The notes: a model not told the origin generated them from the sequence alone. 64,000 nucleotides of DNA from an uncultured delta proteobacterium (GCA_963803435.1 CAWDML010000007.1:512001-576000), one strand, 5' to 3'; shown: positions 1-10,552, numbered from the stretch's first letter. Numbers and translations: made by a program.

Positions 1-2
1 TC

Positions 3-305
3 GATCGGATCTTCGACTTCTGGCGCCAGCGGGCCACCATCGATCGCTGGCGCTGGACCGCCACCTTGACCGGGAGCGACGGCAGCGCCTCGCTGACGAT
101 GGACGCGGGCGACATGCCGATCGCCTGCCTCGGGTATCGGAACCCGGACGGTCACCTCTCCTACTGCTTCAACACCAAGCTGGCGGCGGTGTGGCTCCAG
201 GTCGAGCCCCGCTCGGGTGCCCGGTTCCAGCTCGAGAGCGCTCACGGAGGCGCGCTCGAGCTGCTCCGCCACGAGCCTGATCCGCGGATCAAGGAGATCG
301 TCTGA
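3..305 (+). CDS. Hypothetical protein, 3' part (5' end lies outside the window)
   Basis: Frame is open from position 3 (DRIFDFWRQRATIDRWRW...) to the TGA that overlaps the next ATG (TGATG at 303-307). Confidence 0.7.
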   Translation, partial: DRIFDFWRQRATIDRWRWTATLTGSDGSASLTMDAGDMPIACLGYRNPDGHLSYCFNTKLAAVWLQVEPRSGARFQLESAHGGALELLRHEPDPRIKEIV

Positions 306-790
306 TGGACCTCTCGTTCGTCGAGACCATGCGCGGAGAGCTGCGGGCTCCCTCCGGTGGCGCGAGCCCGGTGGAGCTCGGGATCGTCGCGGAGGCCCGA
401 TCGCTCCCGAGGTTCCTCGAGGACGGCACCACGCGCATCCGCGGGCTGGTGCGCGCGCCTCCCTGGACGCTCCGATCGCCGGCCGTGGGGACGCTACGGC
501 TGTCCCTCGGCGCGATCGCATACCGGATCGAGCTCTCGTCCGACGGCGGCGAGCCGCTGGTGCTGACGGGCACCAAGCATCCCTCGATCCTCTCGCCGTT
601 GCGGTCGATGACAGTGATGCAAGTCAGCTTGCATGACGGCGCCGGCTCAGAGCTGGCGCGCGGGACGATGCGCTTCGAGCTCGCGGATCTCCCGCGCTTC
701 GTCGCCTCGTGGCTCCCGATGGGCAAGCGGTCGCTCCGCGCGCTCGATCGACGGCGGCGCCGCGTCGAGCGCGGGCTGCTGGAGGGGTGA
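305..790 (+). CDS. Hypothetical protein, GMC-oxidase-associated
   Basis: Translationally coupled to the upstream ORF and 2 nt before the GMC gene; globular, protein-like composition. Confidence 0.7.
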   Translation: MDLSFVETMRGELRAPSGGASPVELGIVAEARSLPRFLEDGTTRIRGLVRAPPWTLRSPAVGTLRLSLGAIAYRIELSSDGGEPLVLTGTKHPSILSPLRSMTVMQVSLHDGAGSELARGTMRFELADLPRFVASWLPMGKRSLRALDRRRRRVERGLLEG

Positions 791-792
791 GC

Positions 793-2685
793 ATGGAGCG
801 ATCATCGATGGCCGCCCTCTGCGAGGCGGCGCTCCCGGCGGGCCGCACCGTGCCCGCAACCTCGGAGGCGACCGTGCACCGAGCCGAGGAGATCGTCGAG
901 GGGCTCCCCCCGGCGATCCGGTCGGCGTATCGCGCGCTGCTCGTGGGACTCGACGCGCGGGCCGTCTTGGGCCGCGGGCGTCGCTTCGCCTCCCTGCCGA
1001 TCGCCGGCCGACTGCGGCTGCTCGAGCGCCTCGGCGACGCCGAGCCCGGGCGGCTCCTCCTGCGCGGGCTGCTCACGCCGCTCAAGCTCGCGCACTTCGA
1101 GCTGCCGGAGACGTACGCCGCGTTCGGCTTGCGCCACCGTTGTCCGGTGCCGCCCAACCGCGAGGCGGCCCGCTGGCATGCGCAAATCTCCGACGCGGGC
1201 GCGCTTGGCGGCGAGGTCGACCTCGAGTGCGAGGTGGTGATCGTGGGGACGGGCGCCGGTGGAGCTCCGGTGGCCGCGGAGCTGGCCTCTCAGGGCGTGG
1301 CGGTGTTGATGCTCGAGGAGGGCGGTTTCTTCGATCGCACGGACTTCGACGGCCGCCCTCTCGAGATGATGCGGAAGCTCTACCGGAAGAGCGGGCTCAC
1401 CGCCTCGTTCGGAAACACCATCATCCCCATCCCGGTGGGAAAGGGTGTGGGGGGCACGACGCTGGTCAACTCGGGCACCTGCTTCCGGACGCCCGATCTG
1501 GTGCTGCGCGGCTGGGCCGCCCAGGGCCTGACCGAGCTGGCACCGCGCGCGCTCGCACCCTACTTCGCCCGCGTCGAGGAGGAGCTGGGCGTGGCGCCCT
1601 CGTCCTCCGCGGCGATCGGCGCGGCCGGCCGGATCATCGCGCGCGGCTGCGATCGCCTGGGCTGGTCACACCATCCGCTGGCGCGCAACGCGCCCGGCTG
1701 CGACGGCCAGGGGCTCTGCTGCTTCGGCTGTCCCACCGAGGCGAAGCGGAGCACGAACGTCTCCTTCGTCCCGCGAGCCCTGGCGCGTGGCGCGCAGCTG
1801 ATGACCGGGGTCCGGGTCGAGCGCGTCCTGCTGGAGGGCGATCGCGCGACCGGCGTGATCGGGCGCGCGCGAACGTCCGGGGGCGGGTCGGTCCGGGTCA
1901 CGGTGCGAGCGCCAATCGTCGTGCTCGCCTGCGGGAGCCTGCACACGCCGGCGTTGTTGCTCCGCCAAGGCATCTGCAACGAGTCCGGCGAGCTGGGGCG
2001 CAACCTCTCGATCCATCCTGCGGGCGCCGCCACGGCGCTCTTCGCGGAGGAGGTGAACAGCTGGCACGCCGTGCCGCAGGGCTACGCGATCGACCAGTTC
2101 GCGGACGAGGGCCTCTACTTCGAGGGGGCCAGCCTCCCGCTCGAGCTGCAGGCCGCCTCGCTCCCCGGCTTCGGGCCCGCCTTCACCGCGGTGATGGACG
2201 AGTACAATCGCTCGCTCTCGTTCGGCTTCATGGTCAAGGATCGCTCGCGCGGCCGGGTCCGTCCCGGGCCGGACCTCGAGCCACGGATCGCCTACTGGCT
2301 GGGCAGCGACGACCTCCACCGGATCCAGCGCGGCTTCGCCCTCCTCGCCCGCGTGTTCTTCGCCGCCGGGGCCTGGTCGGTGCACGCGCCGATCGCAGGC
2401 TGGGAGCGGTTCGGCTCGGTGCGCGAGATCGAAGCCTTCGAGCAGGCCCGCCTGGCCGCGCGCGACATCGATCTCTCGGCGTATCACCCGCTCGGAACCG
2501 CGCGGATGGGCGTCGATCCGCTCCGCTCGGTGGTCGCGCCCAACCACGAGACCCACGACGTGCTCAACCTGTTCATCTCCGACGGCTCGGTCGTCCCCGA
2601 GTCCCCCGGCGTGAACCCGCAGATCACAATCATGGCGTTCGCGCTACGCGCCGCCGAGGCGATCGCGCGCCGCCTGCAGGCCTAG
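793..2685 (+). CDS. GMC family oxidoreductase (FAD-dependent)
   Basis: FAD motif VIVGTGAGG, GKGVGGTTLVNSG, CxxxxxCCFGC, and C-terminal HPLGTARMG and GVNPQITIMA. ATG at 793 follows a GGAGG RBS. Confidence 0.93.
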   Translation: MERSSMAALCEAALPAGRTVPATSEATVHRAEEIVEGLPPAIRSAYRALLVGLDARAVLGRGRRFASLPIAGRLRLLERLGDAEPGRLLLRGLLTPLKLAHFELPETYAAFGLRHRCPVPPNREAARWHAQISDAGALGGEVDLECEVVIVGTGAGGAPVAAELASQGVAVLMLEEGGFFDRTDFDGRPLEMMRKLYRKSGLTASFGNTIIPIPVGKGVGGTTLVNSGTCFRTPDLVLRGWAAQGLTELAPRALAPYFARVEEELGVAPSSSAAIGAAGRIIARGCDRLGWSHHPLARNAPGCDGQGLCCFGCPTEAKRSTNVSFVPRALARGAQLMTGVRVERVLLEGDRATGVIGRARTSGGGSVRVTVRAPIVVLACGSLHTPALLLRQGICNESGELGRNLSIHPAGAATALFAEEVNSWHAVPQGYAIDQFADEGLYFEGASLPLELQAASLPGFGPAFTAVMDEYNRSLSFGFMVKDRSRGRVRPGPDLEPRIAYWLGSDDLHRIQRGFALLARVFFAAGAWSVHAPIAGWERFGSVREIEAFEQARLAARDIDLSAYHPLGTARMGVDPLRSVVAPNHETHDVLNLFISDGSVVPESPGVNPQITIMAFALRAAEAIARRLQA

Positions 2686-2771
2686 GAGCGTGTAGCGCGT
2701 AAGCGCTCACGCGACCCCGGTCCGGGTCCCGGTCCCGGTCCGGGTCCCGATCTGAAGATGGCTGCCTTGAG

Positions 2772-2915
2772 TCAGACGCTCGCGACGGTCGCGAGCTTCC
2801 ATCGGTAGAGCTTGAGCAGGTTGTGGGTGAGGCAGACGAGCGTCCCCTCGGCTCGTACCTTGAAGAAGGAGCGTAGCGAGAACCGGCGGAATCCTCGTGC
2901 CCCTTTGATCTGTCC
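2772..2915 (-). pseudogene. IS1182-family-like transposase, C-terminal remnant
   Basis: Hand translation GQIKGARGFRRFSLRSFFKVRAEGTLVCLTHNLLKLYRWKLATVASV* resembles the typical DDE transposase tail (FGQIK..RGFRRF.LRG..KV..E..L.C..HNL.KL). No upstream part is present. Confidence 0.75.
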
Positions 2916-2950
2916 GTCGCTCTGGCACCGAAAGCGCCGCCTCACTCCAC

Positions 2951-3073
2951 ACCTGCTTGAGGCGCCGACTCGCCAACGAGCAGAAGGTCCAAGCCGCCAG
3001 AGCCAAGCTCAAGCGCGTTGTCGAGATGCTCACGCGCCTCATCAAGTCGATGAACGCACGCCGGGCTGCATGA
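2951..3073 (+). pseudogene. Four-helix-bundle (23S rRNA IVS / Avd-like) protein, C-terminal remnant
   Basis: Hand translation TCLRRRLANEQKVQAARAKLKRVVEMLTRLIKSMNARRAA* resembles the family end motif (L.RIV.MLT.L). The N-terminus is missing. Confidence 0.6.
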
Positions 3074-3157
3074 TCGCCATCGGGACCGGGACCGGGACCG
3101 GGACCCGGACCGGGCTCGCGGAAGCGCTACGCGCTACACAATCCTAGGGTCGATCGA

Positions 3158-4543
3158 TCAAGCGCGCGGCACGGCTTCGCCGGCGACCATCGACGGCTCG
3201 ACCTGCGGCTCGGGATCCCTGATCGCACCCATCCCGACGTCAATCTCGGAGATGTACGCGCGCTCGCCCGCCTCGGCGAGGTCGAGGCCGCTCAGCTCGT
3301 CGTGCTCGTCCGCGCGGAGCGGCGTGATCGCACCGACCAGCTTGAGCAAGCCGAAGCTCGCACCGGCGGACCAGGCGAGCGTGGCGAGGACACCGATGGC
3401 CTGGATCCCAAAGAGACCGAGGCTGCCATCGGCGGCGTCGGGGTTGACGGCCTTGGTGGCGAGCACGCCGGTGAGCAGCGCACCGAGCGCGCCGGCGATG
3501 CCGTGGACGCTGAAGACGTCGAGCGAGTCGTCGAGCTTCAGCTTGGGGCGATAGCGGACCGCCATGAGGCAGGCGATCGCGGCGATGCCACCAATCAGGC
3601 AGGCCGACATGGGCGTGACGAACCCGGCGGCCGGCGTGATCGCGACGAGACCCGCCACCGCGCCCGAGGCCAGCCCGACGCCGGACATCTTCTTGTGCAG
3701 GAAGAGCTCGGCCAGGCTCCAGGCCGCGCAGGCGGCGGCCGCCGCGAAGAACGTGTTGGCGAAGGCGAAGGCGGCGATCCCGTTGGCGGCCAGCGCGCTC
3801 CCGCCGTTGAACCCGAGCCAGCCGAACCAGAGCATCCCCATGCCGAGGAGCGCGAACGGTACGTTGTGCGGGAGGACGCTCGGCGTCTTGAGACGCGCGC
3901 GCTTGCCGAGGACGATGGCGGCAACAACCGCGGCCGCGGCGGCGTTGAGGTGGACGACGGTGCCCCCGGCGAAGTCGAGCGCACCCAGCCGGTGAAGCCA
4001 GCCGCCGGGCGCCCAGACCCAGTGGCACACCGGCGCATACACGAGCACGCTCCAGAGCGCGACGAACAGGACGAACGCCTTCGTCTTCACGCGCTCGACG
4101 ATGGCGCCCGAGATCAGCGCCGGCGTGATCACCGCGAACATCCCCTGGAACAGCATGAAGGCGACGTGTGGGATGGTGCCGGCCAGCGAGGGCTCGGGCG
4201 CTGCCGTCACCCCGGCGAGGCCGGCGTACTCGAAGCTCCCTACGAAAGCGTCGGTCGCGCCACCGGGGGCGAAGGACAGGCTGTATCCGATCGCCATCCA
4301 GAGAACGCCGACGATCCCCATGCAGATCAGGCTGAGGACCATCGTATGAACGACGTTCTTGTTGCGGACCAGACCGCCGTAAAAGAAGGCGAGGCCGGGC
4401 GTCATGATCAGGACCAGCCCGGCGCTGACCAGGACGAAGGCGGTATCGCCGGCGCTGATCTCGCCCGGAGCGGCAAACGCCGTCGCCGGGATCAGGAGCG
4501 CGACCAGCGCGAGCAGGAGCCGTCGAAGGGTGGAGGTCTTCAC
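3158..4543 (-). CDS. amtB: Ammonium transporter (Amt family)
   Basis: MTPGLAFFYGG, FQGMFAVITPALISGA, DFAGGTVVH, WFGWLGFNGGS and DDSLDVFSVHG motifs. GTG start at 4543 gives a signal peptide. Confidence 0.96.
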   Translation of the reverse strand: MKTSTLRRLLLALVALLIPATAFAAPGEISAGDTAFVLVSAGLVLIMTPGLAFFYGGLVRNKNVVHTMVLSLICMGIVGVLWMAIGYSLSFAPGGATDAFVGSFEYAGLAGVTAAPEPSLAGTIPHVAFMLFQGMFAVITPALISGAIVERVKTKAFVLFVALWSVLVYAPVCHWVWAPGGWLHRLGALDFAGGTVVHLNAAAAAVVAAIVLGKRARLKTPSVLPHNVPFALLGMGMLWFGWLGFNGGSALAANGIAAFAFANTFFAAAAACAAWSLAELFLHKKMSGVGLASGAVAGLVAITPAAGFVTPMSACLIGGIAAIACLMAVRYRPKLKLDDSLDVFSVHGIAGALGALLTGVLATKAVNPDAADGSLGLFGIQAIGVLATLAWSAGASFGLLKLVGAITPLRADEHDELSGLDLAEAGERAYISEIDVGMGAIRDPEPQVEPSMVAGEAVPRA

Positions 4544-4557
4544 GCAGAGACGTCCTG

Positions 4558-4573
4558 AGCACCCGGCGTGCCG
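4558..4573 (-). promoter_or_regulatory. Possible sigma-54 promoter for amtB
   Basis: Minus strand reads CGGCACGCCGGGTGCT, i.e. GG-N10-GC with GGCACG. amt genes are commonly sigma-54 controlled, but this site is very close to the start codon. Confidence 0.4.
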
Positions 4574-4686
4574 CAAGATCCGGCACCCGCTTTCCAGCGC
4601 CCCTCCGACGTCCGCGTAGGACCGACCAATCCGTCCCGACGAAAACGTAGGAGGCGGCCGGCCCGCGGACCTGCTATCTCGACGGC

Positions 4687-5614
4687 GTGTCGGACGCACT
4701 GGTGCGCGCCTTCGGCCTCGTGAAGCGCTACGAAGACGTGGTCGCCGTGAACGGGCTCGACCTGGAGATCGGCCGGGGCGAGTGTCTCGGGCTCCTCGGT
4801 CCAAACGGCGCCGGCAAGACCACCACCGTCGAGATGCTCGAGGGCCTGACGCGGCCCGACGGGGGCCGGATCGAGCTCTTCGGGCAGTCCTGGGGTCAGG
4901 GCCACGATCGGGCGCTCCGGGCCCGGCTGGGCGTCCAGCTCCAGGAGACGCGCCTCGGCGAGAAGCTCACGGTCGAGGAGACGCTCCGGTTGTTCCGCAG
5001 CATGTACCCGCGCGGGCGATCGGTGGACGAGGTCATCGCCGAGCTCGAGCTGGAGGAGAAGCGGAAGAGCTGGGTCGGCAAGCTCTCGGGCGGCCAGCGA
5101 CAGCGCCTGGCGCTGGGTTGCGCGCTGGTGAGCCGGCCCGAGATCCTTTTCCTCGACGAGCCCTCGACGGGCCTCGATCCGCAGGCGCGCCGGAAGGTCT
5201 GGGAGATCGTCGAGCGCTTCCGCGCCGAAGGAGGTACCGCCCTCCTCACCACCCACTACATGGACGAGGCGGCGCACCTGTCGAACCGGGTGGCGATCGT
5301 CGACCACGGCAAGGTGATCGCGGAGGGGACACCCTCCGAGCTGGTCGCGTCGCTGGTCGCGGCCGACCGGATCGAGCTCGAGGTGGCCGAGCCGATCGAT
5401 CCCGAGTCCCTCGTCGGGATCGACGGCGTGCGGTCCGCGTCGAGGACCGACTCCAGAGATCATCCTGGCGGCGCAGTCGGCCTCGTCCGCGCTGCCGGCG
5501 GTGCTGCGGGCGCTGGGCGGCCGCGGCATCGAGCCGGCGTCGATCGCGACCCGGCACGCCACGCTCGAGGACGTGTTCATCCATCTCACCGGTCGAGGGC
5601 TCCGCGATGACTGA
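4687..5614 (+). CDS. ABC transporter ATP-binding protein (frameshift near 5455)
   Basis: Walker A GPNGAGKT, LSGGQ, FLDEP and TTHYM. The conserved tail ATLEDVFIHLTGRGLRDD* is in another frame after about 5455. Confidence 0.9.
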
Positions 5615-6665
5615 TCTCTCCGTTCGCCACCCGCTCCTGGAGATGACGCGATCGCACCTGCTCGAGCTGATGCGGGAGCCGGGGATCATGTTCTGGGTCT
5701 TCGGCTTCCCCATCATGCTGGCGGTGGTGCTGGGCATCGCCTTCCGCTCGCGCGGGCCCGAGAAGGTGGGCGTGGCGGTCGTCGGCGATCCAGCGCGCGT
5801 GGAGAGGGCGGTGCGCGCGCTGGCCGAGCAGCCCGATCTCACGGCCGAGGCCATGGCGCCCGAGGCGGCCGCCGAGGCCCTGCGCAAGACGAAGGTGGCC
5901 CTGGTCGTCGACGTCGGCACAGTCACCTCGAGTCGGACGGTCTATCACTTCGATCCGCTACAGCCGGAGAGCCGCGCCGCGCACCTCTCCGCCGACGATG
6001 CGCTGCAGCGCGCCGCCGGCCGCCGCGACGTGCTGGAGCCGCTCGACCGACCGGTGGAGGAGCACGGCAGGAGATACATCGACTTCCTCCTCCCCGGCCT
6101 GTTGGGCCTCAACCTGATGGGGTCGAGCCTGTGGGGCGTCGGCTACGCGATCGTCGATGCGCGCGCGCGCAAGCTGATGAAGCGCATCGCCGCCACTCCG
6201 GTGCGACGCGCGTACTACCTCTTGTCGTTCGTGCTCTCGCGCATGGTGCTGCTGGTGCTCGAGGTGGCACTCCTCATCACGTTTGGCGCGCTGGCGTTCG
6301 ACGTCCGAGTGCAAGGCAGCTTGCTCGATCTGGGGCTGGGCGCGACGTTCGGCGCGGCCAGCTTCGCGGGGCTGGCGCTCCTGGTCGCGGCCCGACCGAC
6401 GCGCCCTGAGGTGGCCTCGGGGTGGATGAACTTCCTGATGATGCCCATGTGGCTGCTCTCCGGATCGCTGTTCTCGTACGAGCGCTATCCGGAGTTTCTG
6501 CACCCGTTCCTCCGGCTCCTGCCCCTGACGGCGCTCAACGACGCGCTCCGGGCGGTCATCAACGACGGCGCCTCGATCTTCTCCCGCGGCTCCGAGCTCC
6601 TGGTGCTGGCCGTTTGGGGCGGCCTCAGCTTCGTCCTGGCCCTCCGCTGGTTCCGCTGGCAGTGA
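5607..6665 (+). CDS. ABC-2 type transporter permease
   Basis: ATG 5607 overlaps the ATPase end. N-terminal TM helix, YIDFLLPGLLG motif and five C-terminal TM helices. Confidence 0.92.
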   Translation: MTDLSVRHPLLEMTRSHLLELMREPGIMFWVFGFPIMLAVVLGIAFRSRGPEKVGVAVVGDPARVERAVRALAEQPDLTAEAMAPEAAAEALRKTKVALVVDVGTVTSSRTVYHFDPLQPESRAAHLSADDALQRAAGRRDVLEPLDRPVEEHGRRYIDFLLPGLLGLNLMGSSLWGVGYAIVDARARKLMKRIAATPVRRAYYLLSFVLSRMVLLVLEVALLITFGALAFDVRVQGSLLDLGLGATFGAASFAGLALLVAARPTRPEVASGWMNFLMMPMWLLSGSLFSYERYPEFLHPFLRLLPLTALNDALRAVINDGASIFSRGSELLVLAVWGGLSFVLALRWFRWQ

Positions 6666-6739
6666 GAGCGATCATCCCGGGGGGCGCACGCCTGGACGAC
6701 CGTTGCCAGCGCCGGCCTGGGCGGCTACCACGCCCGTTC

Positions 6740-7750
6740 ATGCGCTCCCCGACCGCGCTGGTCGCGCTCTTCGCCTCCGGCTGCTACACGCTCACGCCAT
6801 ACGAGACGATCGAGAAGATCCCCATCCGGTCGGCGCCTCCGGGAGCGCTGATCACGATGACGGACGAGACCGGCAGCAAGGCGATCGGGAACGCGCCGCT
6901 CGACGCAGACGTGACCGTGGTCCACGACCGCTACGACTTCAACGCCGCGAGCAGCTGGGTGATCACGGGCCTGTCGCTCGTCTTGTTGGGGCTGTCGATC
7001 GGCTTCGCCATCAAACCGCCCGACGAGACCGTAGAAGCCACCGGGACCGTGCGACCGAACCAGCTCGTGCGCATCATGGCGATCACCGGGGCGGTCACGT
7101 TCGGAATCACCAGCCTGTTCGCGGTGCCCGTCACCATCGTCGGGCACCTTCACGACGGCGAGGATCTGAGCCTCCACTACAAGACCGGCGTCCCGAGCTT
7201 TCAGGCCAAGCTCGCCGGCTACACGGACGCGACCACGCGGCCCGATCCCGCCGTGATCCCGCCGCCGGAGCCGCTCGCGCTCGAGCTCCGGCCCGGGGAA
7301 GGCTCGGCGGTGATCGGGCGGGTCGAGGCGGTGGACACGTCGAACCGGCCGGTGCTGGCGATCTTCGATCTCGATCCCGGCAACAGCGGCGTCAGCCCCG
7401 ACATCGCGGCGCAGCTCTCGGAGTATCTCACCGCCAAGCTGGCCGGCGGCGGACGCTATCGGGTGGTACCGCGCAGCGAGCTCCGCGATCGCCTCGGGGT
7501 CGAGAAGCGAACCTCGTACAAGGACTGCTTCGACGAGGCCTGCCAGATCGAGCTCGGCAAGGCGGTCGCGGCCGAGAAGACGCTCGCGCCCAAGCTGATC
7601 CGGGTGGGCGCCACCTGCGCGCTCACCGCGACTGTGTTCGATCTGAAGAGCGAGGCGGCGGATGCCGCTCAGACGATTCGAACCGCCTGCGAGCAAGAAG
7701 GATTGATGGACGCGATCGACAGCGTGGCCGATCGCCTCTCGGAACGTTAA
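6740..7750 (+). CDS. Hypothetical lipoprotein with two internal TM helices and a C-terminal CsgG/TolB-N/DUF2380-like domain
   Basis: Lipobox-like LFASGC; C-terminal VLAIFDL...CFDEACQIELGKAVAAEK pattern. Confidence 0.65.
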   Translation: MRSPTALVALFASGCYTLTPYETIEKIPIRSAPPGALITMTDETGSKAIGNAPLDADVTVVHDRYDFNAASSWVITGLSLVLLGLSIGFAIKPPDETVEATGTVRPNQLVRIMAITGAVTFGITSLFAVPVTIVGHLHDGEDLSLHYKTGVPSFQAKLAGYTDATTRPDPAVIPPPEPLALELRPGEGSAVIGRVEAVDTSNRPVLAIFDLDPGNSGVSPDIAAQLSEYLTAKLAGGGRYRVVPRSELRDRLGVEKRTSYKDCFDEACQIELGKAVAAEKTLAPKLIRVGATCALTATVFDLKSEAADAAQTIRTACEQEGLMDAIDSVADRLSER

Positions 7751-7775
7751 TCAGAGTGGGGTTGCCGGGGCCCGA

Positions 7776-7964
7776 TCATTCCGGCATGGGCTGCGGACCG
7801 GGGGTGATGCCCGCGATGTCCGGATCCTCTCCCTCGACCACATCGGAGCGAGAGTCTTTTTCCGACTGGCGGACCTGTCGCCGCTCCTCTTTCCGCTGTC
7901 GCTTCTCGGCTCGCTTGAGCTCTTTCTGTCGCTTGCTGATCGAGGGACGGTTCTTGCCTGCCAT
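7776..7964 (-). CDS. Small basic hypothetical protein
   Basis: GGAGG RBS before the ATG; KRQKELKRAEKRQRKEERR; lies directly downstream of the RRM gene. Confidence 0.75.
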   Translation of the reverse strand: MAGKNRPSISKRQKELKRAEKRQRKEERRQVRQSEKDSRSDVVEGEDPDIAGITPGPQPMPE

Positions 7965-8005
7965 TCGACCTCCTCACCCGGAGAAAAAGGATCCTCAGCG
8001 AGCGT

Positions 8006-8326
8006 TTACCAGCGCGAGTCGCGACCTCGGTTTCCGCCGCCGCGGCCGCCGCGACCACCGCCGCCACCGCCGCCGCCCTTGTCATGGCTCTCGTTGACCT
8101 TCAGGGTCCGGCCGCCGAGGACCTGACCGTCAAGGGCGGCAATGGCGCTCTTGGCGTCTGCCTCGCTGCCCATCGTCACGAATGCGAAACCGCGGGGACG
8201 TCCGGTGTCCCAATCCATGATCACGGCGACTTCCTGAACCGTCCGGCCGTCGGCCGCGAACGCTTCGCGAAGGTCTTCCTCGGTCGTGTCGTAAGAGAGA
8301 TTGCCAACGTACAGCTTGCTACCCAT
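8006..8326 (-). CDS. RRM RNA-binding protein with Gly/Arg-rich tail
   Basis: RNP2 LYVGNL and RNP1 RGFAFVTM, followed by a GGG/RGG tail. Confidence 0.96.
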   Translation of the reverse strand: MGSKLYVGNLSYDTTEEDLREAFAADGRTVQEVAVIMDWDTGRPRGFAFVTMGSEADAKSAIAALDGQVLGGRTLKVNESHDKGGGGGGGGRGGRGGGNRGRDSRW

Positions 8327-8459
8327 ATGAAGGGATGCCCTTTCTCGATCTGTCCAAAGCCGAATGCGTCCAAAAGGGCGATCCGCGGAACAGAAGCTTT
8401 CGCCTCTCGTGACAGGTCAGCGGTCTGAATGGAAGAGAAATCGCGAGGTCGGATCTTTT

Positions 8460-10518
8460 TTAGAGGCGCAAAACCCGGATCGGCGCCAGCTCGACGATCT
8501 CACCTGCGCGCACATCGCCCCGGATGGCGCCGTGGTGTCCGAACGGCACGTCGACGTGGACCCATCCGGCGGGAATCTGCATCTCGTACCAGCCCTCTTC
8601 ATCGGTCTCCGCGTGAATGTTTCGGGTGTGGAGCGATAGCCCGACGACCTCGACGCGCGCAAGCGGCGCGCCGCCCGGATCGACCACACGACCGCGCACG
8701 GTACCGAACGGTTCGAGCGCGATCGCGCCCGTGTCGGTCGTGCTTCCGGAGCGAACGATCGCTTCGAACACCGCGCTCGCCGACTCGGAGAGAACCTGCA
8801 CACGCCACTTGCCCGGCGAGAGCCCTTCGAGGTGCCACGAGCCGTCGCGCGCGGCGATCGTCTCGGTTCGATCGAAGAGCGGCTCCCGCTTCGCGCACAG
8901 CTCGAAGGCGGTCGCCCCCACCACGCGCCCCGACATCGCGCCCGGCGGATCGATCATCAACGTCAGGCGCTGATCCGTGCGCACGCCGCTCGCGATCAGC
9001 TCGTCACCCTCGGGGCGATACGCCAGGACCGTGTATGTGCCCTGGGCGAGGTGCTCGATGGCGAACCGACCCATGTCGTCGGTGAGCACCGCGACGGACT
9101 CGTCGTTCCGGGCGATCGAGAATCGCCTCACCGTACTCGTCCTCGTCCCCCGACTCGCGCGCCACGGCCACCAGGACGCCCGGGAAGGGCGCGGCGTTGC
9201 CATCCACGACTCGGCCCTCGATCCGCTGGTCGCTGCCCTCGACCTCAATCTCGATCTCGAGGTCCTCGCCGGCGTGCACGTCGACGTCGACGCGCGCCGA
9301 GCTGCCGTCGGGCTTCATCAGCTCACCGAGTCCGATGCGCTCCGGGATCAACGTGTACTTCCCGGGGCTCCGGCCCTCGAAGCAGAACGTGCCGTCCGCC
9401 GAGCCATGGAAGTCGCTCGACATGTTGTGGAACTCGGTGCCGTCCTCGAAGTGCACGATGGTGACGTGACCGCGATGGATCGGACGTTCGTCGGGATCGA
9501 GGATGCGCCCGCGGATCGTCGCGCCGCGCGCCAGCACCATGCGGAGCTCACCGATATCGACGTCGTCGACCGCGACGTCAATCTCGGCGTGGGCGCGCGC
9601 CCCGTTGGCGCCGGCGGTGAGGCGGTAGCGCCCGGGCCGGATCCCGTCGTACCTGAAGCTTCCGCCGGCCTGCTCGGCGGGCGCGAGCCCCCAGCCGCCG
9701 TGATAGAGCGCGACCGAGGCGCCCTCGATGTCGCGGCCGTCCTCGTCGACCACCGCGCCGGTGATCTGGAAGCCCCGCCGCACGGGAAGGATCAAGCCTT
9801 CGACGTCGTCGTCGAGCTGGATCTCGCGCACCGAGACCTCGATGTAGGGGCCGGCGTCGACGATGATCTGCCAGCGACCCGGATCCACGCCGCGGATCTC
9901 GAAGCTGCCATCGTCCTGGATCTCACCGGTCCGGCGCCCGCCGTCGGGGGCGACCAGGCGGACGAAGCCCCGGCGATGCAACGGCTCCGGCAGCACCACG
10001 CGCCCCTGGATGCGGAGGCAGCGTGTGAGGTCGATCTGGATCTCGCGTGAGGTCTCACGATAGCCGAGCGCGACGCTGGCAGTGGTGCCGCGCCAGTCGT
10101 CGGCGAACACGCGCGGCTCGTAGCGTCCGGGCGGCAGGCCGCGCAGGCGGAAGCGACCCTCCTCGTCCGACTCCGAGTGGACCTCCTCGGCGACGTGGTA
10201 CGAGCGGTGAACCGAGACGGTCGCGCCCGCGATCGGGTCGCCGCTGGCGGCGTCGACGACGCGACCGATCAGGACCGACTCGGGTGTGACGGTGATGCGC
10301 ACCTCGCGCGCGGGCGCCACCACGCAGGCGGTACCGGGCGCGTAGCCCACGGGCTCCGACCACACCCAGACGCTCTCGCCGGCGGGCGCATCCACGGAGA
10401 ATCTGCCCACCTCGTCGGCGGTGCACGACGCCTCGAACTCGTCGGCCTCCGCGCGAACGACGGCTCCACCGATCGGACGTCCCACCCGATCCACGACTAC
10501 GCCGCTGATCTCTTCCAT
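8460..10518 (-). CDS. Carboxypeptidase regulatory-like (transthyretin-like) repeat protein (frameshift near 9122)
   Basis: Repeated GRVVD..G.PI.GA.V and GRF.L.GL.PG.Y units in ORFs 9004..10518 and 8460..9248, which join at about 9120-9124. Confidence 0.8.
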
Positions 10519-10552
10519 CGCGCGGGGTGGGAGCTTGCCGCCGAAAACGATC

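Larger units (their letters stand above)
2681..3148. mobile_element. MITE-like element with about 70-bp imperfect terminal inverted repeats, bounded by CCTAGG at both ends
   Basis: 2681-2751 (cctaggagcgtgtagcgcgtaagcgc...ggtcccgat) is the near reverse complement of 3079-3148 (atcgggacc...gcgctacgcgctacacaatcctagg). Both arms contain tandem GGTCCC/GGGACC-type hexamers. Confidence 0.7.

Noticed and set aside
633-2702. Overlapping 689-aa Arg/Ala-rich ORF and similar alternative-frame ORFs throughout the window
   Set aside because: Low-complexity off-frame translations of high-GC genes with no recognisable motifs.
2716-3114. GGTCCC/GGGACC hexamer arrays as a CRISPR array, or the TGTGT-coding ORFs 2707..3045 and 2812..3147
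   Set aside because: There are no spacers or cas genes. The hexamers are parts of the inverted arms and the ORFs are chance read-throughs.
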